Shown piece after piece: positions 34,730 to 45,753 of a stretch of DNA of 45,753 nucleotides. Location of the stretch: NCBI RefSeq assembly GCF_004010195.1, contig NC_057718.1, forward strand, positions 15,762,789 through 15,808,541. The letters are read 5' to 3'. Numbering within the stretch: the stretch's first letter is position 1; each line of letters opens with the position of its first letter. Position numbers and translations under genes: made by a program. The DNA comes from Chiloscyllium plagiosum (Eukaryota). The notes beneath the pieces were generated by a model. The model worked only from the letters and a program-made list of their open reading frames with translations. It ran no database searches and was not told the DNA's origin.

Positions 34730-36429
34730 TTCCATAAATATATCTACTGGGGTTTTGTCAAGTAATCCATAGAGGTAGAAACTGAAGAATACAAATGGAC
34801 ACAAACAGAGTAAGTGAGCAAATGTTCACATGGAATTCAAAGTAATGTATGAGGTTCTCCATTTGTATTCATGAAAGAAAAAAGCTTGTGGTGAGAGACC
34901 AGGTGCTGTATTAGCAAAGGATTTTAGTATTCAATTTCATAAGTCAATGTAAGTTAATGTACAGGTACAAAATGTAAGCAAGAAAAGGAAATTGAATCCT
35001 TTAAAAGGCCTTAAAATATTTGAATTCATATGAGGAACTAATGCTTCAGTTCTACAAAGCTTTGACCAGATCCTAATAGTATAGCATTCAGTTTTGCACA
35101 CAAAACCTGAGGAATACTGTCCAGGTTCACAATAATATTAGGTCTTAAATTGTTAAATTGTGAGGAGAGGCCGCATAATCTTGCTTTGCATTCCATTGAA
35201 TTTAAATGTTAAAAGAATTTCATGCAACAAGAAAGCAATCTTGTCCTCTGGTGGACGAATTTAGAATTTAGAATTTAGAAAAAAAAATCAAAATTAAAGC
35301 TAGACTAAATGAAATCTGGAAAAAAAAACTTTTCCAAACAAAAAAAGCAATGCTTTGGAATCTGTTTCTTCAAAGGTTGTAGATTTGTTGAAATTTTCAA
35401 GACTGAGGTGAATGGATATTTGTTCAGTAACAGTATAAAGAGATACTGATATAATTGACCATGGGCCAATTGAATGATGGACAGGTTTGTAAGACTGAAT
35501 GATCTACCCTAAATTCAAAGCCTGATGTCAACATTCATCCCTAAACTGAAGCACAAGTTACACTGCAGCCAGATGCTTTTACCATATGGGACTCCTCAAA
35601 GCCCAGAAAATGCGTGTGGTCCTTGAAAGGTCCTCAACCCCTTCACACCATATCACTTGCTGATAGGAGAGAAAAACCAAAAAAAAACACAGCATTAGGT
35701 TTCACGTTCACACTCATGACACCCAGCTCCATTGAACTATGGCCTTTCTCAACCCTTTCACTGTCTCAAAATTGTCAGATTGCTTGCTTGATACCTTATA
35801 CTGGATGAGAAGAAGTTTCCTTCAACTAAATATCTGAAATATAGAAGACTTTGCCTTCAGACCGAGCAACAAATTCAGTTTCCTAGACACAAACTCCAAC
35901 CCTTCTCACCTTACCACCTGAGGGTGAATCAGACCATTTGCAAGTTCTGCATCCTTTGTGATCCTGAGTTTAATGTCTGAGCACATATCAGCAGCATTGC
36001 CAAGTCATCGTATTATTTCTGTTTGTATTACCTACCTCAGCTCATCTGTTGATGAAATCATTGTCCTGGCTTTTGTTACCTCCAAATTTGGCTGTTCAAA
36101 CACACTCTTGTCCAGTTTCCCATCATCCAACCCTCAACAGAACTGAACTCATCCATTGTGGAAGTCCAGTGGCTTAATGAAAGAGCTGGGGATTGTAGGT
36201 GCGATGTAGGATTGCACAACTGCACTGTTCAGGGGATGTGGTGGTGATGCCACTTGATTCGCAAATGTTCTGAAGATGTGTGTTTGAGCCATAGTCGATG
36301 ATGAAAGTGAATTTATTAAAATCTGAAATAGAGACCTAGCCAAATGATGACAATGTAACCACAGTTCTTTGAGATAAAGATCCATCCGGTTCACCAAAGC
36401 TCTTTAGGACAGTAAATCTTCCATCTTGT

Positions 36430-36995
36430 AGAAAATAAGGACTACAAGTGCTGGAAGTCAGAGTTGGTAAAATGTGGAACTGGAAAAACAAAGCAGGAAA
36501 GTCGATGTTTCAGGTCAGGACCCTTCATCAGGACTAAGGAGGGGGAAGGGAGCTCAGAGATACAAAGAGGGAGGGGGGTGGGTCCGGGGGAAAGGTAGAT
36601 AGGATGGTAATAGGTAGATGTGAGAAAGATAGGTGGCCCAGGTAGGGAGTCATTTTGATTGGTCAGTGGGAAGGGTGGAGGGTTGAGGTGAGAAGGAAGA
36701 TGAATGGTTAGATCAGGTCAAGGAGGTGGGGAGTAAAAGGAGGGCGGGACATGGGATGGGGATGGGGAGATTTCGAAACTGGTGAACTCTATGTTGAGAG
36801 AGTCTTCCCACTGACTAATCACTATAACCCCCTTACCTGTATCCACCTATCAGCATCCCATCTACCTTTCCCCCAGCCCCAGCCCCAGCCCCTCCCTCGA
36901 TTTATCTCTAAGCTTTCCTTCTCCCCAGTCCTGATCTGAAACATTGACTTTTTTTCTCCTCTGATCTACTATTTTTCCAGCTCCACATTTTATTG
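36430..36995. mobile_element. Penelope-like 3' fragment with inversion
   Basis: Family tail and G-rich tract on the minus strand, followed by an inverted C-rich copy (about 36805-36995). Confidence 0.65.
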
Positions 36996-37807
36996 AATTG
37001 TCCCTCTTTACCTGGTCTTGCTTACATGTGATACCAGACCTATAGCAATATGGCTGACTTGTAACTGCTCTTCCAGTCTTGTGGCCTTGCCAGGGTTGGC
37101 AATATAAGATTGACAAATCAAATAACTCACACCCAATTACTAACATCCGTTGTTCTTCTGCTGACTCACAAACATTGGACTCAGTTTTCTGACATGAAAA
37201 TTCTCATCCTTGTTTTGAAATTTTCCACGGTCTCTCTCATCTGTAACCTTCTCCAGCCTTACAGTCATCTGGTATCTCTGATTGCAGGAGTTGAAGAGGC
37301 AGCTGACTACCACCTTCTCAAAGGCAATTCAAAATGAGGAACAAATGCTGACTTTGCTAGCAATGCTCACATTGCATGAACAAACTGGGGGGAAAAATAA
37401 TCTTCAAATGAGTGTCAGATCTCATTCCATTATGTCCCTGTGAAGGGGCGAGCAATTTCAAGGGTGCTAAACGGACGGGAGTTATTGTTCAAGGAAGAGC
37501 AGCAGAACATTGAGCAGGAAAATAAGCAGTTATGCTAATTTTTCTATGTGCAAGCACAGTGGGAGCCAGACTGGGACAATATAAAGTAAAAAGGAACAGT
37601 TGTTGAAAATGTAAACTTGTGTGGATATAGGGAGGTGTCAATGGGAGAGTGAATGGATTGCAATAACCAAGCTGATGAGGCAAAAGGCAGATAACACTTT
37701 GTTTTTTGGGCACAGTAAGATCCCACAGGCGAATCCCTTACCTCTACAAACAGCCTGTTCTGTGGTGATGGAAGACACGGTTCAGAGGCGGCGGCGGCAT
37801 CTTTCAG

Positions 37808-38307
37808 NNNNNNNNNNNNNNNNNNNNNNNNNNNNNNNNNNNNNNNNNNNNNNNNNNNNNNNNNNNNNNNNNNNNNNNNNNNNNNNNNNNNNNNNNNNNN
37901 NNNNNNNNNNNNNNNNNNNNNNNNNNNNNNNNNNNNNNNNNNNNNNNNNNNNNNNNNNNNNNNNNNNNNNNNNNNNNNNNNNNNNNNNNNNNNNNNNNNN
38001 NNNNNNNNNNNNNNNNNNNNNNNNNNNNNNNNNNNNNNNNNNNNNNNNNNNNNNNNNNNNNNNNNNNNNNNNNNNNNNNNNNNNNNNNNNNNNNNNNNNN
38101 NNNNNNNNNNNNNNNNNNNNNNNNNNNNNNNNNNNNNNNNNNNNNNNNNNNNNNNNNNNNNNNNNNNNNNNNNNNNNNNNNNNNNNNNNNNNNNNNNNNN
38201 NNNNNNNNNNNNNNNNNNNNNNNNNNNNNNNNNNNNNNNNNNNNNNNNNNNNNNNNNNNNNNNNNNNNNNNNNNNNNNNNNNNNNNNNNNNNNNNNNNNN
38301 NNNNNNN
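37808..38307. other. Assembly gap (500 N)
   Basis: Run of exactly 500 N, a round number typical of a scaffold join of unknown size. Confidence 0.99.
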
Positions 38308-39064
38308 CAGGATTTTCATGCTATTGCATGTTAGATACATTTCACAATCTGGTTAATGCGTTATACACTTAAACTGACATAGTGATTGCATAAAGTCTGC
38401 CAATAGCCTGGATTGTTGTCATTCAGGATCTGACATGCTTTTATCAAAGTTAGTACCTCACCCAAAAAAATACCTTGCAGAGGTTGGACAGGATTGTTTT
38501 GACAGAACTGCAGAAGATGGTAATAAAAGTGGTTGAGAATCCCAGCAGGTCTGGCAGCATCAAACACAGAAGACTTGTGTTATAGTGGATTTGAAGCATT
38601 AACACTATTTCTCTCTGCACAAATGCTGCAGTTTCTCCAGCACATTTTAATTTAATTTTATTTTCAAGTACCTGCTTTTATGCAACAGACGGTATTGGTT
38701 GAAATAAATTACTGTTTATGATTCTAAATGCCAAAGGAAGAACCACAAACACATTGTTCTTTGAGACCACAAACACATATCGTGCAACGGATATGCTGAT
38801 GATTTTGGTGGGAAGTTAACTATAAGTAATTCTATCTCTTTGAACATCTGATAGGTGTGTGTAGTGATTATGCTGAAAGGGTGTTTGCAAGTGAAGATTG
38901 TAACCTCCGAGATCACTGTATTTGGACACAGTACAGATATTAACATGTTGACTTTGATCCATCAGATTGTCGATAACAGTGAAGGAAAGAAGACTTGCAA
39001 CAATTTGTGCATTATTGTCCATCAGTTAACAAGTGCATTAAGTCTTTATCTGTTTGTTTTTAAG

Positions 39065-39131
39065 TGTTTGATTTCCACCAAGCTGCTGATGGTGCTCAGG
39101 AGCAGCAGAGGCAACAGCAAGCAGGAAAAAC
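39065..39131 (+). CDS. ADSS2: Adenylosuccinate synthetase isozyme 2, internal exon (human exon 5 equivalent)
   Basis: ttgtttttaag|TG TTT GAT TTC CAC CAA...GGA AAA AC|GTAAGG, 67 bp. Translates (V)FDFHQAADGAQEQQRQQQAGK(T). AADG and QAGK are ADSS2-type rather than ADSS1-type. Confidence 0.93.
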
Positions 39132-39564
39132 GTAAGGATTTATGTTTCCAGGGAAATGTTTTTAGCATCTCTAAAGTAGAATTTGACAAATCATAGCTTT
39201 CATAATAAATAGTTTCTTTCACCACTGAAATAAGGCATTCAGTCTTTTCTTGCTGAAGCTGGCTCTTTACAATAGCATTACTTGTGTATTAGGGTTAAAC
39301 CTAGTGATTAGTGACCTGACCTTTTTTTCACTTTTGTTTCAAATAACGATTCTACCTTTTCTCAATTGTCATGCTTAAGCTATGTTGATTAAGAAATTAC
39401 TCCCCTGAATTTAGGAATGCATCAACAATCATGGTGTTGTGAACCTTAGAAGACAGAAAGAGACTATTTTGACCATCTTCTGACACAGCAAACAAAAACA
39501 GTCACTAAATTCTCACCCTATCCACCACCATGCCCACTCACCTCACGGGTTGGGAGCCTGCTAT

Positions 39565-40318
39565 TTAGGTTTCTTAAAAATATAAAGGAAGAATAGAGGT
39601 AAGGGCTATTTTCTAAATGAGGGGAAAAATTCAGAAATCTGAAGTGCAAAAAAAACTTGGGGGTCCTCCTCCGAGTTCTCTTAAGATAAACTTGCAGGTT
39701 GAGTGAGTAGTTAGGAAGGCAAATACTGTTGGCATTTATTTCGAGAGGATGAGAATATAAAAGCAGGGATGTGCTTCTGAGCCTTGATAAGGCTCTTGTC
39801 AGACCACATTTTAGAGTAATATGAGCAATTTTGGGCCACATACCTCGGCGCATATATTGGCTCTGAAGCGGGTCCAAAGGAGGTTCATGAGAATTATCCC
39901 AAGAATAAAAGGCTTAACATATATGAGGAGCATTTGGGGATTCTGGGTGTATATTTGATGGAGCTGAGAAGGATATAGGGGATCTAATTGAAACTATAGA
40001 ATACTGACTGTCTGGACAGAGAGGACATTGGGAAAATTGAGGAGGAGGGACTTAACAGGAGAGACTAGGACCTGAGGGCATAGCCTTAGAATAAAGGGAA
40101 GACCCTTCAGAACAGAGATGAGGAGAAAAGTCTTCAGCCAGAGAGTGGTAGGTCAATGGAATTCATTGCCACAGAAGGCAGATGAATAGATCCTTGATTG
40201 TAAAGGGGATCAAGGATTACAGGGAGAATGAGGTTGAGAAACTTATCAGCCACGATTAAAAGATGGAGCAGAGTTGATGGATCGAATGGCCTAATTTCTG
40301 CTCCTATGTCTTATGGTT
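39565..40318 (+). mobile_element. Decayed CR1 3' half in the ADSS2 intron
   Basis: CR1 motifs (ggcatttatttcgagagga...gtcagaccaca; gagatgaggagaaa...cagagagtggt) and the tail ctgctcctatgtcttatg. Confidence 0.75.
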
Positions 40319-40984
40319 TTAAATTGGTATTTAAGCACTTCAGGTGCCACACAGATATAGTCAGCTACATTTTTTTTAATACGTTAAAGAATCTCCTATG
40401 GTATTGGTAATTCACATCATATGATGTGCCATGCAATCATGATATACCATTTGGTTGTTTTTATATAACTGTGTTCCTGTGTAATCCCAAGGTCAGTGTT
40501 GAGTAAGCACAGTCTCTGGTAACTGGGAATTTAATTGTCTTTGGTCAGGAATTTAGATTAGAAAATACGTGAAAATTTAGAAGTCTGAGATTGCTTTTTA
40601 GGGTTAAATAAAAATAGTCTTACATTAAAAGATTATGTGTAATGGAGGTGTAGGCTAATTAGAGCAGTAGACATGCTGTGGTATTGCATAGTAAGTTGAG
40701 GTCATATTTAGTCTTGGGTACTAGAGGTCAGGGAACAATTTAGCCTGGATGTAAACTAATTTCCATTTTAAAGTTCCATCTTGTTATCTTTGTGAACTCA
40801 GAAAATAAATAAACAAAGTTGAGAAGAAATTCATGCAAAACCTTTTAAGTCATGCTTACCATTTTAAACAAAATACCAAACTAGAACCTTTTAAATCTGT
40901 GTACTTCTAAATTGTCGCTTTCAGTGACAATTTGTTGTTTGTTTCTGCATGTACACGGATGCAGGTGCTAGTGTTGGACTGGGG

Positions 40985-41128
40985 TAGACAAAAGTCAGAT
41001 GTCATATGATGCTAGATTATAGTCCAACAGGTAAAGTCACATAATAAAGGAGCAGCATTCTGAAAGCTTGTGATTTCAAGTAAACCTGTTGGACTATAAC
41101 CTGGTGTCATGTGACTTCTGGCTTTGTA
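40985..41128. mobile_element. Small palindromic repeat element
   Basis: ttatagtccaacaggt...acctgttggactataa inverted arms with a degenerate aaggagcagcattctgaaagct core. Confidence 0.65.
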
Positions 41129-41801
41129 GACATTTGAAATAGAGCCATACATTTGTTGCTTTGGAACTCCAATACTGTAGGGATTTATTTGTAATGAGCT
41201 CAGTTTTTCTTGTATTTAGCTAAATTGAGATTCTGTTTCTGTTTTCAGATTGACCTGACAATAATGTTCATGGCGTTAAGCTAGAAACTATTCTTGGCTC
41301 TTGTGCCTTTCCTTAAACTATTTTTTTCCTTATCAATCTATTCAGAGGTTATTACACACCTCTGGAACACATAGGACTTGAATCCAGGCCTCCTGGTCCT
41401 GGGGTTCGGACACTATCACTATGCCACAAGAGAGCCCCAGCTCCTTTCTTTAAAATTCAGACAATTTTAATAAGGACCACCTATTTATTGTTTCATTCAA
41501 ATTACAATATAAAATGCCGTTATGTTTTACACGGTGTTTAAAATCATGACTTTTTCTACATATTAACACCACACCATGGCTGATTTGATTTTTGACTAGC
41601 ACTTGTCCGTTATAACTTTTTTAATGTCTTGATTTTAACCATTTCAATGCATGTTAAAGTGGTAAATGGGTTTATGTACAGAAACCATTTTGTTACCAGT
41701 GTTCATCTACTTAATTAGAGATATTGATTAAACACAATTATTGATTGCTTAATCAAACAAAATACGTTTTAAATTTATTCATCTGTTATTTATTTTTGTA
41801 G

Positions 41802-41909
41802 TTTGGGCACCACAAAGAAGGGGATCGGACCGGTTTATTCTTCAAAAGCATCTCGAAGTGGGCTTAGGATATGTGATCTTCTGACTGATTTTGATTCCTT
41901 TTCAGAAAG
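41802..41909 (+). CDS. ADSS2: Adenylosuccinate synthetase isozyme 2, internal exon (human exon 6 equivalent)
   Basis: tatttttgtag|T TTG GGC ACC...GAA AG|GTATTT, 108 bp. Translates [35 protein letters not shown](R), containing the IMP-binding GTT.KGIGP motif. Phase-compatible with the previous exon. Confidence 0.95.
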
Positions 41910-43185
41910 GTATTTGAATGTGCTCATGTTCCGTGTTCTTGTTCACCCAACCAGCTAGATGTCTGTCTGTTTCATCCATTTTTAAGCTGCTGATTACTGG
42001 TTGAACTTGCTTTCTTCTGCTGGGCCAGTCTGGTTATTTCAGTTACTCAAGCTCACAAATGACAGCTCCCACCTCTCATTCATTATTTCTGGTATTTCTT
42101 GTGTGCTGAGGTCTGATATTTCTGCCCATTTTGCAGACTATTTCAGCAGGTAACTCCTAAGTAGTAACCAAGGATTTAAAACATCCAGTAGTTGGGGATA
42201 AAAACCTTGTACATTCTGATTTTGCTGTTGTCATTTTACAAACTTATGCACAGGTACTTTAAAGTGCATATGCTTCTACCATGTAAATAAAGGACTGTTG
42301 TGGTATCATGGTACTGGCCCTACATCTGGGCCAGTAAGCCTGGGTTCAAAACCCTTCTGTTCCAGGGATGTATAATATCCCAGAACAGATTGATTAGAAA
42401 CTAATATACCATGTGAATATCACCACTGAGATCACATTATCAATGCAGTGTCTATTACTCATTTCTTCATTTACTAATCAGAATTGCAATAAGACTGCAT
42501 ATTGTTTTGTGGCTGATGGTTAACTCAGTGGGTTGCATTGCTGTAGAAGTTGCCAGTAAGGAAAGCAAGTAAACCTTTTTGTGAAGATAAAGACCCATTA
42601 GATTAGAGTTAAAATGGACTGAATTAGTAGGGAGAAGTTGATGACTAACATGTTGGAGGGAATGGCTAATGTAATTTGCCCAGCGATTTCTTTTTTACAA
42701 TTTTGTTTTCAAGTTGACTATTGTAAGCGAGCCTGATGGCATCAACTACAACATATTCTCAAAATTGACTGACTAGTAAGGAGATGGCAGATTTCGATGT
42801 GAATTTTATACACACAAACACTAAATTTGAACCATGTACAAGGAACCGAAAAGAAAGCTATGAGGGCATTTAAATGATTACTGATCACGTAGCATGATGT
42901 TAGCCCCGTTGACAATTAAGCTAACTTATATGTGCATTAAGCAGTTTGCTTATTGATCAAAACAAATCAGTGTATAGTTGTATCATTTTGATAAGGGCAT
43001 TCCCGGAATTTCAGAGAAGCTGAAGGTACATGTAGTTCACAGGTATAAACAAGCATCCCTAAAATTGATTATGCTTTCACATAAAGGAGTCTTAAGATGT
43101 TTAAACCTTTGTGATTTGTGAAAAATGTATAGTCTTTCAAAGACTGTTTTATGATAATCTGCCACTTTTCATTTACCTAACATTG

Positions 43186-43489
43186 GGCTGGCATGGTGGG
43201 TCAGTGGTTATCACTCTGCCTCACAGCACCAGGATCCCAGGATCGATTCCAGCCTCAGGCAACTGTCTGTGTGGAGTTTGCACATTCTCCCCGTCTGTGT
43301 GGGTTTCCTCCGGGTGCTCCGGTTTTCTCCCACAGTCCAAAGATGTGCAGGTCAGGTGAACTGGCCATGCTAAATTGCCCATATTGCTAGGTGCATTAAT
43401 GAGAAGGGAAATGGGTTACTCTTCGGAGGGTCGGCGTGGACTGTTTGGACTGAAGGGTCTGTTTTACACTGTAGGGAATCTAATCTAAT
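43186..43489 (+). mobile_element. tRNA-derived SINE
   Basis: A/B-box head, conserved core, (AATCT)n tail, and a 9-bp TSD ctaacattg (43177-43185, 43490-43498). Confidence 0.85.
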
Positions 43490-44584
43490 CTAACATTGTA
43501 AAGTCCTGAGCAATATATAAATTCTTGATCAGTAGGCTAAGGAAGTGTTATGGAGAAAAGGCAGGAAAGTGCACTGTGAGGAGTGTCAGATCAATCATAA
43601 TACTCTTGAATGATGGAGAGGTACCAAATGGCCTATTCCTGTTCCTACTACTTATGGTCTTATTTATTTTGTAAGAGCTCCCTCTGTTGGGTACTAATCA
43701 CTTTATCTGTGTGTGTGGATGACTGCAACGTTCAAAGTGTTCTCTTGCTCCTTGCTCTTTAAATGTGGTTTTCTGCCAATGTAAGTGTTTTGGTCATTTA
43801 ACAGCATAACTTGATCACAAAGGTGCCCAGTAATCAAGCTTCAGTTTTCCTGTGACTGAATCTTGGGTTTTTTTTTGGTATTTGGATAATGTATGTCCTT
43901 GAATTAGATGTTTTGTTTCTGGTGAAATGAATCTTTAAACAGGACTCAATCATGTAATGTAGTGAAATGTATTTTGAAGTGTTGCCCATTCCACTCCACA
44001 TATATGCAGCTATATCTGAAACTGCAATATGACTGAAACATCAAATCATGAATCAGATTAGTTATTCATCTCAGTAGAGCAGTGATATCAGCATGATGTT
44101 GTTGCCCCATTTATCTGCATAACCTTCAAAAATCCATGAATGTGAGATCCTGTGAGACATTTTAATGTGACAAGATGCGACACTAGCAAAAACATTTCAT
44201 TTGTTCTCACCATTCCCTGCCACATACATACACAAGTACATTTAAAAAGTACAGATATTGTTTTTCTATTTGACAGATTAAATGATTAAATACAGTTGTT
44301 GTTACTTGAATTCCTGCTGTTAAATTAATATATTGAACTATTTGGAAATATCAGATGTCAAAGAAAGCCATTTAAATTTCACCTAGAAATGAATCCCTGT
44401 GATACAATTGTGACATTCGTTTAAAAAGGATATCACAGTTTTTAATTATTTTAGTCTACGTTACCCTACTAATCATAGCCAGATCATCTCCAGTGATGTT
44501 TTTTTTCGCACTCTTGCAACGCAACCGCCAAGTGCCACCTGGAACCAACCTTTCTTTCTTTGCTTAAATGGTATATTTTTATTT

Positions 44585-44897
44585 TAGAATCCCTACAGTG
44601 TGGAAGCAGGCCCTTCAGCCAACAAATCCACACGAACCCTCTGAAGAGTAACCCACCCAGATCCATTCCCCTATCCTATATTTACCTCTGACTAATGCAC
44701 TGAACCTACACATCCCTAAACACTATGGACAATTTAGCCAATTCACCTAACCTGCACGTCTTTTGGACTGTGGGAGGAAACTGGAGACCCGGAATTTGCA
44801 CTGGGAGAATGTGCAAACTCCACACACAGGCTGGAATTGAACCCAGGTCCCTGTCGCTGAGAGGCATTAGTGCTAACCACTGAGCCACCATGCCGCC
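44585..44897 (-). mobile_element. tRNA-derived SINE
   Basis: Minus head GGCGGCATGGTGGCTCAGTGGTTAGCAC...GGGTTCAATTCC. Same family as the other SINEs. Confidence 0.85.
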
Positions 44898-45561
44898 CAT
44901 CTTAGTAGAGCAGTGATATCAGCCATTTGTAACATTATGGCTTAAATCTTGTTCATCCATCCTTACCCATGTTGCCGTAAATTGCAGTAGCTCAGCAAGC
45001 ACTCTGCAGGTTGCTCACACTTTGTCCTTTTTAAAATACCAGATGCACCTCTAAAAATCAAGTTACTGTGCAGTGAAATGGATAGAGCCCACATAATAAA
45101 AATTAAGGAGGTGGTGGCAAATGTTTAGAATGGACCTTGCTCCATTACCATGCTCCACCACTGATGATGCAGAAAAGCTGAAATAAAAAAAATAGAAAAC
45201 ACTGATATTCAACCGGCCAGGTGGGGCTGGAAGTACAGTGAACATATTTTCTGATGGAAGGTCATTGACTTGAAATCTTAATCTTGCCTTCCACTTTTCA
45301 GAAAATGCTGTTTCGAATGTTTACTGCTCTTTGTAATCAGTGACATTTGCAAAGTGATTATGCATGATTATCCTTATTTACTTAACACTAATTTTTAAAT
45401 GTTTTTAATTGCAAATAGGTGGAATATAAAAGTAGGGGTGTTTTGCGGTTGTATAGGGCATTGGTGAGACCACATCTGGAGTATTATGCACAGTATTCAT
45501 CCCTCTATTTGAGAAATAACATAAATGTATCAGGTGTGGTTCAGAGGAAGTTTGCTTGACT

Positions 45562-45753
45562 GATTAGATTATTTACAGTGTGGAAACAGGCCCTTTAGCC
45601 CAACAAGTCCACACCGACCCTCTGAAGAGCAACCCACCCAGACCCATTCTCCTACACTTACCCCTTCACCTAACACTACGGGCAATTTAACATGGCCAGT
45701 TCACCTGACCTGCACATCTTTGGACTGTGGGAGGAAACCGGAGCACCCAGAGG
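45562..45753 (-). mobile_element. tRNA-derived SINE 3' part (runs off the window), inserted in a CR1 fragment
   Basis: Close match to 19390-19575. Confidence 0.8.

Noticed and set aside
9650..37800. CATSPERE or MEMO1 exons, expected from the human neighbourhoods of ADSS2 and SRD5A2
   Set aside because: I looked for their motifs in the unique stretches and found none by eye. Short diverged exons cannot be excluded without tBLASTn.
37621..38340. Long ORFs of 237 and 178 aa in the ORF track
   Set aside because: Artefacts of translating through the 500-N gap.

Overview
Eukaryotic, repeat-rich vertebrate genomic DNA. The CR1/HER1-type LINEs, tRNA-derived SINEs with (TAGAT)n tails and abundant Penelope-like elements point to a cartilaginous fish, probably a shark (inference). 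Two host genes are visible as isolated exons. A steroid 5-alpha-reductase SRD5A2-type gene lies on the minus strand (coding exons 1 and 2; later exons are probably off the left edge). Adenylosuccinate synthetase ADSS2 lies on the plus strand (exons equivalent to human 5 and 6; exons 1-4 are not visible, probably lost in a 500-N gap). The most striking object is a complete 3.9-kb non-autonomous LTR/ERV element at 17900-21788 (minus strand). It has two LTRs, a GTAC target-site duplication, a tRNA-Ser primer-binding site, a polypurine tract and an apparent splice donor/acceptor pair. Where env would be, it carries a captured, intronless, internally deleted RBPMS2 mRNA, apparently in frame with an integrase-tail remnant. 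Its leader holds a tandem array of Pol III B-box-like motifs. The window also contains inverted Penelope insertions with minimal hammerhead ribozymes, short palindromic hammerhead-bearing Penelope derivatives with 13-16 bp TSDs, and a three-level nest (Harbinger transposase < Penelope < short element). All calls were made by eye; repeat boundaries without TSDs are approximate.
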